Below are positions 43,418 to 52,673 of a DNA stretch of 64,000 nucleotides, in pieces. Origin of the DNA: an uncultured Planctomycetota bacterium (lineage in GTDB: Bacteria; Planctomycetota; Planctomycetia; Isosphaerales; Isosphaeraceae); NCBI GenBank assembly GCA_963845755.1, contig CAWJTV010000041.1, positions 128,001-192,000 of the forward strand, read 5' to 3'. The notes below the pieces were generated by a model. It searched no databases and was not told where the DNA came from. It saw only the letters and a program-made list of their open reading frames with translations. Every line of letters begins with the position of its first letter. Positions within the stretch are counted from its first letter, which is position 1. The position numbers and the translations under genes are program-made.

Positions 43418-43445
43418 TAATGTAACGGAGGGAGGTGGTGGTTCC
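43418..43445 (-). promoter_or_regulatory. Candidate ECF-type (autoregulatory) promoter
   Basis: Minus strand GGAACC...CGTTACATTA about 45-75 nt upstream of the ECF fusion start. Confidence 0.4.
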
Positions 43446-43668
43446 AGATTTTCTTGAAGATTTCGGTCCCTCCTCGGTGAATCCTGACCCGGCGGCGGAG
43501 TCGGTGACGTCAGAGTAATGTTACGCAGGTCAGCAAATTCGCGGGGGTTTGCGGAAACTGTTCGGTGAACGGAATCCGGGTCGTCTGGACGACGCACACG
43601 TGATTCGTCCGGGAGAAAGAAGCGGGCAGGGTGGTGACTGGTGGGAACCACGACAGCGTGGGTTCCAG

Positions 43669-44079
43669 CTAACGGAGGTCGATATCCACGTGGTTCCAAT
43701 CCGAAGCGACGTCAATCTCCAGGCCGGACGTGCCCGAATCGCCATACTTGGCGGGCAATTTCGGCGCGTTCACGTATCCATTCAGATGTGCGCGATAGCG
43801 ACCCGGTGGGGCGCCTTCCTCGAAATATTGGGCATTGAGCAGCCGGAACGACCCATCGTCTCCCAGTGAGCCGAGGGCCGCGTGGGCACCGTTCGAGTCA
43901 AGACAAATGTACATATTGTTAATCGGGTGGCCAGAGTACGTCACGCGGCCGGTGACCGTGGAGAATTCCCGGTGGTCTCCCGGTGGTTCGGGACCGAGAC
44001 AGAAGAGGAAGGGGGCGAAGAAAGCAATGCCAAGTCCCCAGGCCACAAGCCTTCGGGACGATTGCAAATCGATCAACAT
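43669..44079 (-). CDS. Small exported protein, carboxypeptidase-regulatory-like beta-sandwich (planctomycete DUF1559-partner type)
   Basis: VTGRVTYSGHPI, DGSFRL, GAPPGRYR and LPAKYGDSGTSGLEIDV. Confidence 0.78.
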   Translation of the reverse strand: MLIDLQSSRRLVAWGLGIAFFAPFLFCLGPEPPGDHREFSTVTGRVTYSGHPINNMYICLDSNGAHAALGSLGDDGSFRLLNAQYFEEGAPPGRYRAHLNGYVNAPKLPAKYGDSGTSGLEIDVASDWNHVDIDLR

Positions 44080-44471
44080 TCAGATCACTCCTCGGGCAGG
44101 ATTTGCGACGGGCAGGAAATTGGGAATGAGTCTCTGGGCAGAATCGATCATCCGTCGCGGGAGAGGAGTATTCGCGAGGTCGACTCCGAGTGGGACCGAG
44201 GAGAGAATCGGTCTTTCGTCACACAGTAGATCGCGACCGAGCCGAAACTGGTCGGGATACAAGTTCCCATGCGTGCCTCCATCACGATTATCGCTCACTC
44301 GTCAAGTAGAGGTTAGCTCATCCTGGGTTTCTTTGAGAAGAGCGGATTCGCCGTGGTCGCTCATCACGCGGCTCGACAGGACCTGGTGAGGGGTTCAGGG
44401 AATTGATTCTGTCGTGCGGGAGTCGTAGTCTGACGACTGTCCTCTCCCCGTGAATTGAGGAGGAACCGATC

Positions 44472-45473
44472 ATGCTCCGGCATCGGCGATCGACCGGCCT
44501 AGGACATTTCGACGGGAGTCTGACGGTCCTTGCGTGCCGGGGACGCTCCGGGTTGCTCTTGCTGGTCCTGATCGCGCCGATCGTGACGTCTCTTCGCGGC
44601 ACGGCCGTGGGACGGCAGGATGACGCTGCTCCCGCGGGATTCCAGGTGCCGGTCGATGATGATTCGAAGCGACAGGACGATCAGAAGGCCCTGAAAGCGT
44701 TTGTCGAAGTCTACCGTCTCGAACCGGGGCAGATCCTGAAGCGTGTGCCGCCGCCGCGGCCGGAAGGCGTCCGTCCCTGGTGGAAGGAGAAGTATCCGAA
44801 TCATGGAAACCAGCCTCACCAGTTCGGTTCCATGGTTTTTCGGTGGCGAGATCCCGATCAACTCGAGAACTGGGGGGCCACGACGGGAAATGGTTTCTCG
44901 CTTCGCGAACTCCTCCGCTATCTCGAAACGGAGATCTATCCGGTCGAGATCGACGGCGACCTCAAGTTGCTGGATACGCAGGTCACTGGAGATTGGGTGT
45001 ATCGCGAGGGAATCGACGATGAGCGCAAGGTTCACGCGATCGAGGTGGTCATCCAGCGCGTTCTCCGGCTGAGGATCTCCTTGACGTTCCGCCAGGTCCA
45101 GCGCGATGTCGTCGTGGCGCGCGGCCCGTACCGTCCCTCTCCGGTCAAGGGCCGGGCGAACAACGAGTTCGAGATTTACGGCAAGCAGATCGTTCCGGGT
45201 GGAGGTGGGGCCGGCGGCGGTACGGGCAAGTTCCCGATGTTCCTCAAATGGGTCGGAGAATGGATCGAGCGACCGGTCGTCAGTGATGTCGAGGAACCTC
45301 CCAAAGGGCCGATCACCTGGTTCTACAACGGACGGAGCCCATTCACGGAGCAGATGCGCCGCGAAGACCACGATGAGGCGCTGGTCCTCCAGCATCTCCA
45401 CGAGCAGACCGGCTTGACCTTTACCCGCGAGCGGAGGCCGATCCGCATCCTGTTCATCGAGCGGGCGAAATAA
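44472..45473 (+). CDS. Exported hypothetical protein, DUF3738/TIGR03435-like
   Basis: Signal-like N-terminus, ERPVVSD, and C-terminal LHEQTGLTFTRERRPIRILFIE. Confidence 0.6.
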   Translation: MLRHRRSTGLGHFDGSLTVLACRGRSGLLLLVLIAPIVTSLRGTAVGRQDDAAPAGFQVPVDDDSKRQDDQKALKAFVEVYRLEPGQILKRVPPPRPEGVRPWWKEKYPNHGNQPHQFGSMVFRWRDPDQLENWGATTGNGFSLRELLRYLETEIYPVEIDGDLKLLDTQVTGDWVYREGIDDERKVHAIEVVIQRVLRLRISLTFRQVQRDVVVARGPYRPSPVKGRANNEFEIYGKQIVPGGGGAGGGTGKFPMFLKWVGEWIERPVVSDVEEPPKGPITWFYNGRSPFTEQMRREDHDEALVLQHLHEQTGLTFTRERRPIRILFIERAK

Positions 45474-45593
45474 CCCCGGGCGGCCGCGATGCGTGTTCGA
45501 TCGCGTCCAGGGCTTTCCTCATCGTGTCCCGCGTCCTCTCGACCGAGGAGGGGTCCGCCGCGAGCGCGCGGAGCTTGGGGATGGCGGCGGTGT

Positions 45594-46151
45594 TTACTGG
45601 GACTGCGACGAGGATGCCATCGCGGTGAGCCCCGGGGAAATCGTACCTGTTGCCGATCGCTTCGTGCGGGTCGTTTTGCGCCGCGACAACTTTGACGACT
45701 TGGTGTCGAGTTGCACGCGAGCATCGCCCGCGCCAGGTTCCGGGCGGGTGTCCGACTGGGAAGCGAAATGAAGATAAGGCTTGAGTCGAGCCAGAGTCAC
45801 TGGTCCCACGCCGCGGACCCGATCCCCGAGGTCATCCAGTGATGTGAAAGGCCGCTCGTTCCGAGCTTCAACAAGCCGGCTCACCAGTGCCGGACCGATT
45901 TGCGGCAAAGCGGCCAGGACCTGCGGCGGGGCCGTGTTCGCGTCCACCTCGAGGTGGGGCGCCAATCCGGTCGGCGGCGATGACGGAACGTCCCAGCTCG
46001 CCCTCTTCAGGCCCAGCCCAACGGCCAGCGCAAGGACAGCCAGCAGCATGCGTGCTCCGGCCGGCCAGCACCAGGGCACGACCGTGCCCCGCCGCTCAGT
46101 CGGCGGATCTGCGGGAATCGGTTGCGTGTTCAGACTTGCGCCTCTGAACAT
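45594..46151 (-). CDS. comEA: ComEA-like helix-hairpin-helix DNA-binding protein
   Basis: TM helix followed by VDANTAPPQVLAALPQIGPAL...PFTSLDDL..RVRGVGPVTLARLKPYL. Confidence 0.8.
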   Translation of the reverse strand: MFRGASLNTQPIPADPPTERRGTVVPWCWPAGARMLLAVLALAVGLGLKRASWDVPSSPPTGLAPHLEVDANTAPPQVLAALPQIGPALVSRLVEARNERPFTSLDDLGDRVRGVGPVTLARLKPYLHFASQSDTRPEPGAGDARVQLDTKSSKLSRRKTTRTKRSATGTISPGLTAMASSSQSQ

Positions 46152-46255
46152 CCGACGCTTAACTCTTGAGGTGTCCTATCGTTAGGGTGCATCATCTATG
46201 ATGTGCGATTCAGCCTAACGGCGGGCGTGGCGGGCTAGCAAGAGGCGAGATTCCG

Positions 46256-47449
46256 TCACATATCGAGGAAGGGGACCGGGAGCAGGAACGCGTGCTGTTC
46301 GTAGAGGGTTGCGACGCCGCCCCATGAGGTGTACTGGGAGAAGAAGACGATCAGGACGTAGAAGGCGGCGACGGGGACGATGGCAAGCCGGCCCAGGACG
46401 CGGAAGGACCAGTGGCTGGGGTGGTCGCGACGGCCGGAGCGGGCGTAGGCCCAGCCGGTCAGGAGCCGCGCCGGGGCGAGGAACAGGACGAAGACAAGGC
46501 TCGGCAGCCAGGCGGCTTCGCGGGGGATCATCTCGATCTTGAGCAGGTACAGCGGTATGGCTGCCAGGAGCAGGACCATGAGCGAGAAGGCGAAGGCCCA
46601 GGGGGCTCGGCGGAATCGTTCGCGAATGGCCCGACGGGAGAAGAGCGCGGAGATCCGCCCTTCGACCGCATAACGCACCTGGAGGAACGGCAGGAAGGGC
46701 ACCACGACCGCCAGGAGCAGGACGCCGAGGACGCCCAGCGGCGGCACGCGCCCACCGGCCGAGATCAGGATCGCCGGTACGATCAGCCAGGCGAGCGTGC
46801 CGAAAAACCCCATGAATCCCAGGCGGAAGTAGTACCAAGGGCGCAGGGCGGCGAGGAACGCCCAGAATCGATCGCGCGATTCGGCATAGAGCCCGCCCTG
46901 GCGCAACTTTCGGACCAGCCAGAAGGGATGGCCGAACGGCCAGAGGAAATGACGCAGCCGGCCGCCGCGGGCGCAGGCGATCAGGACGTGGAAGACCGTC
47001 AGCCCGGCGACGATCACGAGCAGGACGCGCCAGCCCCGGGCCGCCGGGCTGCCCGGGTCGATCAAGTCGGCCGATCGGGCGAGACTTCCAACCAGCCAGG
47101 CGGGGAGTGTTGCCAGCCAGATCCCCATCGCCAGGCCGCCGATCCGCGCGGCGCGGTGCACGCCGACGAACCCGTCCCGCAGCCGGCCGCTCCGCGCCAC
47201 CCGCGCCGAGGATTCCAGGAGGTAGCCCAGGGTCAAGAACTGGAGCAGCGGCAAGGCCGCAAGGGTTGACAACCCGACCAGCAGTGAGACGACTCCGAAG
47301 AGCCATTCGGCCGCCGACACCAGTCCCCGAGCGATCCGGCCGGCCAGGAACCAAAGCGGTGCGAAGCGCCGGCGTCGCGGCGGAACCTCCGGCGAGGCTT
47401 CTACCTCGGCAGCTTCCCAGTAGCCTTCAAGGACGGCCGTGTTTTCCAT
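46256..47449 (-). CDS. Integral membrane protein (DUF4013-like)
   Basis: LQFLTLGYLLE, multiple TM helices, IPLYLLKIE and QHAFLLPVPF. Confidence 0.75.
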   Translation of the reverse strand: MENTAVLEGYWEAAEVEASPEVPPRRRRFAPLWFLAGRIARGLVSAAEWLFGVVSLLVGLSTLAALPLLQFLTLGYLLESSARVARSGRLRDGFVGVHRAARIGGLAMGIWLATLPAWLVGSLARSADLIDPGSPAARGWRVLLVIVAGLTVFHVLIACARGGRLRHFLWPFGHPFWLVRKLRQGGLYAESRDRFWAFLAALRPWYYFRLGFMGFFGTLAWLIVPAILISAGGRVPPLGVLGVLLLAVVVPFLPFLQVRYAVEGRISALFSRRAIRERFRRAPWAFAFSLMVLLLAAIPLYLLKIEMIPREAAWLPSLVFVLFLAPARLLTGWAYARSGRRDHPSHWSFRVLGRLAIVPVAAFYVLIVFFSQYTSWGGVATLYEQHAFLLPVPFLDM

Positions 47450-47586
47450 AACCTGGGATACTCGCGGGAATCGATCGTGGTTTCAAGAACCATGAGGCTG
47501 CGACCATAACGACCAGCTTGAAACCGTTGGAGGATCCTCCGGGTATAGCTGCCAGGATCATCCTCGTGGCAGACGGAGGGATCGTC

Positions 47587-49194
47587 ATGCGAGATCGGCT
47601 ACGTGACATCGTGTTTCTCGTCGCGGTCCTGGGCGGGACGGCGACCCTTGCCACGGGGCTCCTACGGCCGCTGGCGCGGGCCTCGGTGCGGCCATCCCGG
47701 ACGATTGTGGGTGCCGTTGCCCTCGACTCGATCGTCGGCCAGGTCGATGCCACGTTCCGGCGGCGATGGACCGAGCAAGGTCTGGTCCCGGCCGCGCCTG
47801 CGCCGCAGCTGGCCGTGATGCGGCGGCTCTCGCTGGCGCTCTGCGGCACGATCCCCTCGTTGGAGGAGATCCGACGGTTCGAGGCCCGGCCGGCGAGTGG
47901 TCGAATCGACGCCTGGCTCGGCGACCTGCTGCGCGACCGCCGCTGCGCCGATTATCTGGCCGAACGGTTCGCGCGGGCGTTCGTCGGCACCGAGGACGGC
48001 CCGTTCCTCAAGTTTCGTCGACGACGCTTCGTGGCCTGGCTCAGCGACGCGATCCTCGAGAACCGGCCGTATGACGCGGTCGTCCGCGACCTGATCACCG
48101 ACGATGGCCTCTGGACCGATCACCCCGCGGTGAACTTCCTCGCGGTGACCATCGACGAGAAGACCGAGCGGCCATCCCCCGATCGGCTGGCGGCGAGGGT
48201 GTCGCGGGCGTTCCTCGGCATCCGGCTCGACTGCGCCCAGTGCCACGACCACCCGTTCCAGCCCTGGAAACAGGCCGACTTCCACGGGCTGGCTGCCTTC
48301 TTCGGCGCGGTCCACGCCGACTTGCGAGGCATCCGTGACACGGAGAACGACTACAAGCCGCCCGACCGGAAAGGCCATGAGTCCAAGACGGTCGAGCCGT
48401 GCGCGCCGTTCCGGCCCGAGCTGGTCCCGGAATCGGGCGGCCCGCGCCATCGTCTCGCCGGTTGGGTCACCGACCCCAGGAACCCGAACCTCGCCCGCGC
48501 GACGGTCAACCGCGTCTGGGCACTCCTCTTCGGCCGCCCGCTCGTCGAGCCGGTCGACGACCTCTCTGCCGCCGCCGAGATCCACCCGACCCTCATCGCC
48601 CTGGCCGACGACTTCGCCGCCCACGGCTACGACCTTCACCACCTGATCCACACGATCGCCGCCGCCGAGGTGTTCCGCCTTGACAGCGCCGATGAGGACG
48701 CCAGCGAGGCCCATGACGCGGCCTGGGCCATCTTTCCCATGACCCGCCTGCGGCCCGAGCAGGTGGCTGGTGCGATCTTCCAGGCTGCCTCACTGACGAC
48801 CCTCGGCCCCCAGTCCCACTGGTTCGCCCGGCTGGTCGCCTACACCGGGCGCAACGATTTCGTCCGGCGGTATGGCGACATGGGCGAGGATGAATTCGAC
48901 GCGCGGGGCGGGACGATCCCCCAGCGCCTGCTGCTCATGAACGGCGACGTCGTTCGCGAGCAGATCAAGGACGGTCTCTTCTCGGCCTCCTCGAACATTG
49001 CCGGCCTCGCTCGGGACGATGCCAAGGCGGTCGAGGCCGCCTATCTCACCGTCCTGACTCGCCGGCCTGGTCCGGAGGAATCGACCCACTTCGCCGGCCG
49101 GCTCGCGGGATCCTCCGGCGACGAACGAAAGCAACGGCTGAGCGATCTCTACTGGACGTTGCTCAATACGACGGAGTTCTCGTGGAATCATTGA
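47587..49194 (+). CDS. DUF1549 + DUF1553 domain protein
   Basis: RRLSLALCGTIPS, FLGIRLDCAQCHDHPF, VNRVWALLFGRPLVEPVDD and WTLLNTTEFSWNH. Confidence 0.92.
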   Translation: MRDRLRDIVFLVAVLGGTATLATGLLRPLARASVRPSRTIVGAVALDSIVGQVDATFRRRWTEQGLVPAAPAPQLAVMRRLSLALCGTIPSLEEIRRFEARPASGRIDAWLGDLLRDRRCADYLAERFARAFVGTEDGPFLKFRRRRFVAWLSDAILENRPYDAVVRDLITDDGLWTDHPAVNFLAVTIDEKTERPSPDRLAARVSRAFLGIRLDCAQCHDHPFQPWKQADFHGLAAFFGAVHADLRGIRDTENDYKPPDRKGHESKTVEPCAPFRPELVPESGGPRHRLAGWVTDPRNPNLARATVNRVWALLFGRPLVEPVDDLSAAAEIHPTLIALADDFAAHGYDLHHLIHTIAAAEVFRLDSADEDASEAHDAAWAIFPMTRLRPEQVAGAIFQAASLTTLGPQSHWFARLVAYTGRNDFVRRYGDMGEDEFDARGGTIPQRLLLMNGDVVREQIKDGLFSASSNIAGLARDDAKAVEAAYLTVLTRRPGPEESTHFAGRLAGSSGDERKQRLSDLYWTLLNTTEFSWNH

Positions 49195-49202
49195 GGGCTA
49201 AG

Positions 49203-50461
49203 ATGACCTACTTGAGCATGTCATCTATCGACCGACGTGGCTTCCTCAAGCTGGCCGGGCTGAGCTGGCTAACGCCTATCGGGCGGCTGCTGGCCGACCA
49301 GGCCGAGCGGACGAGGCAACCTGCGCAGTCGATCATCCTCCTGTGGCTCGACGGCGGGCCGAGCCAACTCGAGACGTTCGACCCGCATCCCGACACGAAG
49401 ATCGCCGGTGGCACCAAGGCGATCGCGACCGCCGTGCCGGGCATCGAGCTCGCGCAAGGCTATGAGCAGCTTGCCGACCAGATGGGCTCGGTCGCCTTGA
49501 TCCGCTCGATGGTGAGCAAGGAGGGGGACCACGAGCGCGGGACGTACTTCATGAAGACGGGCTACCGTCCTGATCCGACAGTCGAACATCCTTCCATCGG
49601 AGCGATCTGCTGCCACGAGCTGCCCGCCGGGCGGACCGACATCCCCCGGCATATCTCGATCCTGACCGAGAAATGGCCGAGCCGGGGTGGGTTCCTGGGC
49701 GGCGAGTTCGACGCGTTCCAGATCGGCGACCCGAAGGGAAAACTACCCGACGTGACCTCGCCGGTGCCGGCTCCGCGCGACCTGGTGCGGGTGCAGGACC
49801 TCGACGTCGCCGAGCGGGCCTTCGCCCGCGGGCGCCGGGGGCGTGTCGAGACGACCTTGCACCGCGAGACCATGGCCCGCGCCCGCGTGATGATGACCTC
49901 CGAACAGCTCAAGGCGTTCGACGTCTCGCACGAGCCCGCCAGCCTGCTCGCCGAGTACGGCGATACCCCCTTCGGACGCGGCTGCCTGGCCGCACGCCGC
50001 CTGATCGAAGTCGGCGTGCGCTGTGTCGAGGTGACGCTGGGCGGCTGGGACACCCACGTCAATAATCACGAGATCCATAAGGCGCGCGCCGGGTTCTGGA
50101 CCCGGCGTTCGCCGCCTTGTTGCGCGACCTGTCGCGAAGGCAGCTCCTCGACCGCACGGTCGTCTTGTGCTGCGGCGAGTTCGGCCGGACGCCCAAGGTC
50201 AACCCCCTCGGCGGTCGCGACCACTGGCCCGGCGGCTTCAGTCTGGCGATGGCCGGCGGCGGAATCCGCGGCGGCATGGCTCTCGGTCAGACCGATCCCG
50301 AAGCGGTCAAGGACCCCGTCCGGCCGACCACGATCGAGGATGTCCACGCGACGGTGTTGACGGCCCTCGGCCTCAGTCCAGCCAAGGAGAACACCGCCCC
50401 GGCGACAGGCCGGCCGATCAAGCTCAGCGCGGGGCGGCCGATCCGGGAGCTGCTTGGGTGA
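49203..50461 (+). CDS. DUF1501 domain protein with Tat signal; frameshift near 50090
   Basis: DRRGFLK, LWLDGGPSQLETFDP, ARRLIEVGVRCVEV, WDTH, GEFGRTP and GRDHWP. Confidence 0.9.
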
Positions 50462-50602
50462 GCGGGATGGGTTATCGACCGCACCCACACGGAAGACCCT
50501 TGCAGGCAATACCGTTGAATGAGCGTTAAGCCTAAGAGAAAAAGAGACTGTCGCAACGGAACCGGGCTCAAGAGGGAGGGTTTCTTCCTGACGCCAGGGG
50601 AA

Positions 50603-50862
50603 TTCTCGTTCCCATGCTCTGAGGCTGTGATTTTTTGATCGGCGACGCTGTCTATTGAGCCCCGAATCGCCGTTGATCGTCCTGAGCATCGATTCGGGGC
50701 TCATTAGGGGCACCGAAATCGTGTACAGTTGATCCGATCTGACAGTCGTCGTACAAAAAAATCACAGCCTCTCTGCGTGGGAACGTCCGGGTGCGACGCT
50801 CCGCGTCGCCGGGGCCGCAGAGCGGCCAGGACGGCATTCCCACGCAGAGCATGGGAACGAGA
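50603..50862. repeat. REP/REPIN-like repeat (CTCGTTCCCA...TGGGAACGAG) interrupted by the inner MITE
   Basis: Removing 50621-50774 restores TCTCGTTCCCATGCTCTGCGTGGGAAC...TTCCCACGCAGAGCATGGGAACGAGA. Confidence 0.8.
50621..50771. mobile_element. Inner 151-bp MITE (GAGGCTGT termini)
   Basis: 16-bp perfect TIRs GAGGCTGTGATTTTTT; 3-bp TSD TCT (50618-20, 50772-74); internal hairpin TGAGCCCCGAATCG / CGATTCGGGGCTCA. Confidence 0.85.
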
Positions 50863-50907
50863 TAACCCGGTGTGGTTACAACAGTCTCAAAAAAATCTGT
50901 GAATACC

Positions 50908-51040
50908 TTGTTCCCACGCTCGCGCGTGGGAACACGCTTCCTGGACGCTCTGCGTCCACGCGGTTTCCCCGCCGTGGCGTGGCCGTACCTGACGCGGAGC
51001 GTCGAGGACGGCGTTCCCACGCGGGAGCGTGGGAACGAGA
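50908..51040. repeat. Second copy of the GTTCCCACGC...GCGTGGGAAC REP/REPIN-like repeat
   Basis: TTGTTCCCACGCTCGCGCGTGGGAAC...GACGCGGAGCGTC...GTTCCCACGCGGGAGCGTGGGAACGAGA. Confidence 0.85.
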
Positions 51041-51052
51041 ATCAGTCCTTTC

Positions 51053-51353
51053 CCCAAGCCGTTCAGGAACGGCTTGATGTCTTGGCGACGATGACGTTCC
51101 TGGAAACGACCGCAACTGCCTTGGCTTTAGCGAAGGAGCTCGTTCAGGGAGGCGCTTGCCCGCGAAGGCCGGCGCCGACGCCTTGTATATTGCCATCGCG
51201 GCCACTCAAGGAATACCCTATCTCTTGACGTGGAATTGCCGGCACCTGGCCAATGCGACGATGCGGCCACTGATCGAATCCGTCTGCGTCCGCAACGGAA
51301 TCAAAGCTCCAATCATCTGCACGCCGGAGGAACTCTTGGAGGCGCAACCATGA
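51053..51353 (+). pseudogene. PIN-domain (VapC-like) toxin, N-terminus missing, frameshift near 51157
   Basis: AVQERLDVLA...LAKELV...PAKAGADALYIAIAA...YLLTWNCRHLAN...ICTPEELL; the 5' half is replaced by repeats. Confidence 0.75.
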
Positions 51354-51556
51354 CCGACCCGATTGTCGATGAGATTCGACGGGTGCGTGAGACATACGCT
51401 GGCCGTTTTCATTACGATCTGGACGCGATTTTTCGGGATATCAAAGAGCAAGAGAAGAAGAGCGGGCGCCTGTTCGTCTCGTTGACCCCGCCTAGGGTTC
51501 AGCCGAATGAGGCTCTCCAGCCGAGCGTTCCGGCTGGGGCGGTTTCTGAACGGTAG
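51350..51556 (+). CDS. Small PIN-associated protein (putative antitoxin)
   Basis: MTDPIVDEIRRVRETYAGRFHYDLDAIFRDIKEQEKKSG; ATGA overlap with the PIN gene. Confidence 0.75.
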   Translation: MTDPIVDEIRRVRETYAGRFHYDLDAIFRDIKEQEKKSGRLFVSLTPPRVQPNEALQPSVPAGAVSER

Positions 51557-51613
51557 CCGACGACAGGCCTCGATCCGTCTCATCATCGAAACGACCAACT
51601 CCGGAGCCACGTC

Positions 51614-52642
51614 ATGCGAATTCGTCCCGGCGGCTCGTCATGGATCGTAGTCGGAACCATCCTTCTCGTCGTCGCTCCATGCAGGGCCGATGATCCACCC
51701 GCGCCGGTGAACGCCGAAGCCTTCATTCCGCCCAAGGACATCCAGTTCCGTCGGGTGGATATCCAGAGTGAAGGCGTCCGGCTGACGGGCGAGGTCTTCC
51801 GCCCCAAAGATCGACCGGGGGATGAGAAGCTGCCCACGATCATCCTCTGCCATGGCTGGGGCGGCACGGCGGCCTTGCTTCGCCCGGAGGCGATCGCCTT
51901 CGCTCGAGCGGGGTTCATGACCGTGGCCTTCGATTACCGGGGCTGGGGTGCCAGCGATGGACGAATCATCCTCGCTGAGCCCAAGTCGAAGCCGAGCGGC
52001 GGCCAGCGATTCCAGGCCGAGGTGCGGGAGATCCGCGAGGTGGTCGATCCGTTGGAACAGACGACCGACCTCCAGAACGTCGTTCACTGGGCCGTCGGAG
52101 AGCCAGGCGTCGATCGCGACCGGATCGGGCTGTGGGGCTCGAGCTATTCGGGTGGGCACGTCGTCTTCGTGGCGGCCCGTGACCGGAGGGTCAAGTGTCT
52201 GGTCAGCCAGGTCCCCGCGCTCGACTCGCGCTGGGCCGGCCGCGGCCCTCAACGCGCGTTGACCTTGAGCGAGGCCACACGAAGAGCCCGCGGCGAGATC
52301 GGATACCCTGAGCCAGGCGCCGTCGTGATCGGGAATCTCCATGGCGCACCGATCCTGGCGAGAATGCTCGATTACGCGCCGGTCGAGGACGTGTCGCGGG
52401 CCGCCCAATGCGCGATGCTGTTCATCGTTGCCGAGAAGGAGGAACTCTTCCGCAACGAGGACAACGGCCGGCTGGCCTTCGAGCGCGCCAAAGGCCCCAA
52501 GAAGTACGTTGTGGTTCCCGGAATCACGCACTACGGGGTTTATCGAGAGGCTCGGAAGCAGGCCACCGAGATGGAGGTCGAGTGGTTCCATACCCACCTG
52601 ACGCCCACTGATAAAGCCGCTTCCAGCAAGGGCGGGCGGTGA
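51614..52642 (+). CDS. Exported alpha/beta hydrolase (CocE/acetyl xylan esterase-like)
   Basis: Signal peptide, LCHGWGG, FDYRGWGASDG, GLWGSSYSGG (nucleophile elbow) and GITHYGVY. Confidence 0.88.
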   Translation: MRIRPGGSSWIVVGTILLVVAPCRADDPPAPVNAEAFIPPKDIQFRRVDIQSEGVRLTGEVFRPKDRPGDEKLPTIILCHGWGGTAALLRPEAIAFARAGFMTVAFDYRGWGASDGRIILAEPKSKPSGGQRFQAEVREIREVVDPLEQTTDLQNVVHWAVGEPGVDRDRIGLWGSSYSGGHVVFVAARDRRVKCLVSQVPALDSRWAGRGPQRALTLSEATRRARGEIGYPEPGAVVIGNLHGAPILARMLDYAPVEDVSRAAQCAMLFIVAEKEELFRNEDNGRLAFERAKGPKKYVVVPGITHYGVYREARKQATEMEVEWFHTHLTPTDKAASSKGGR

Positions 52643-52673
52643 TCGGCCGTTCGAGACCGCGTCGCAGCATTCT

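Larger units (their letters stand above)
50544..50888. mobile_element. Outer 345-bp MITE-like element (GAGACTGT termini) containing a REP-like repeat and an inner MITE
   Basis: Imperfect 23-bp TIRs GAGACTGTCGCAACGGAACCGGG / GAGACTGTTGTAACCACACCGGG (rc), 18/23 identical; A-runs flank both sides. Confidence 0.6.

Noticed and set aside
50603..51040. GTTCCCACGC/GTGGGAAC repeats as a CRISPR array
   Set aside because: The repeats are inverted and irregularly spaced, with no unique equal-length spacers and no cas genes.
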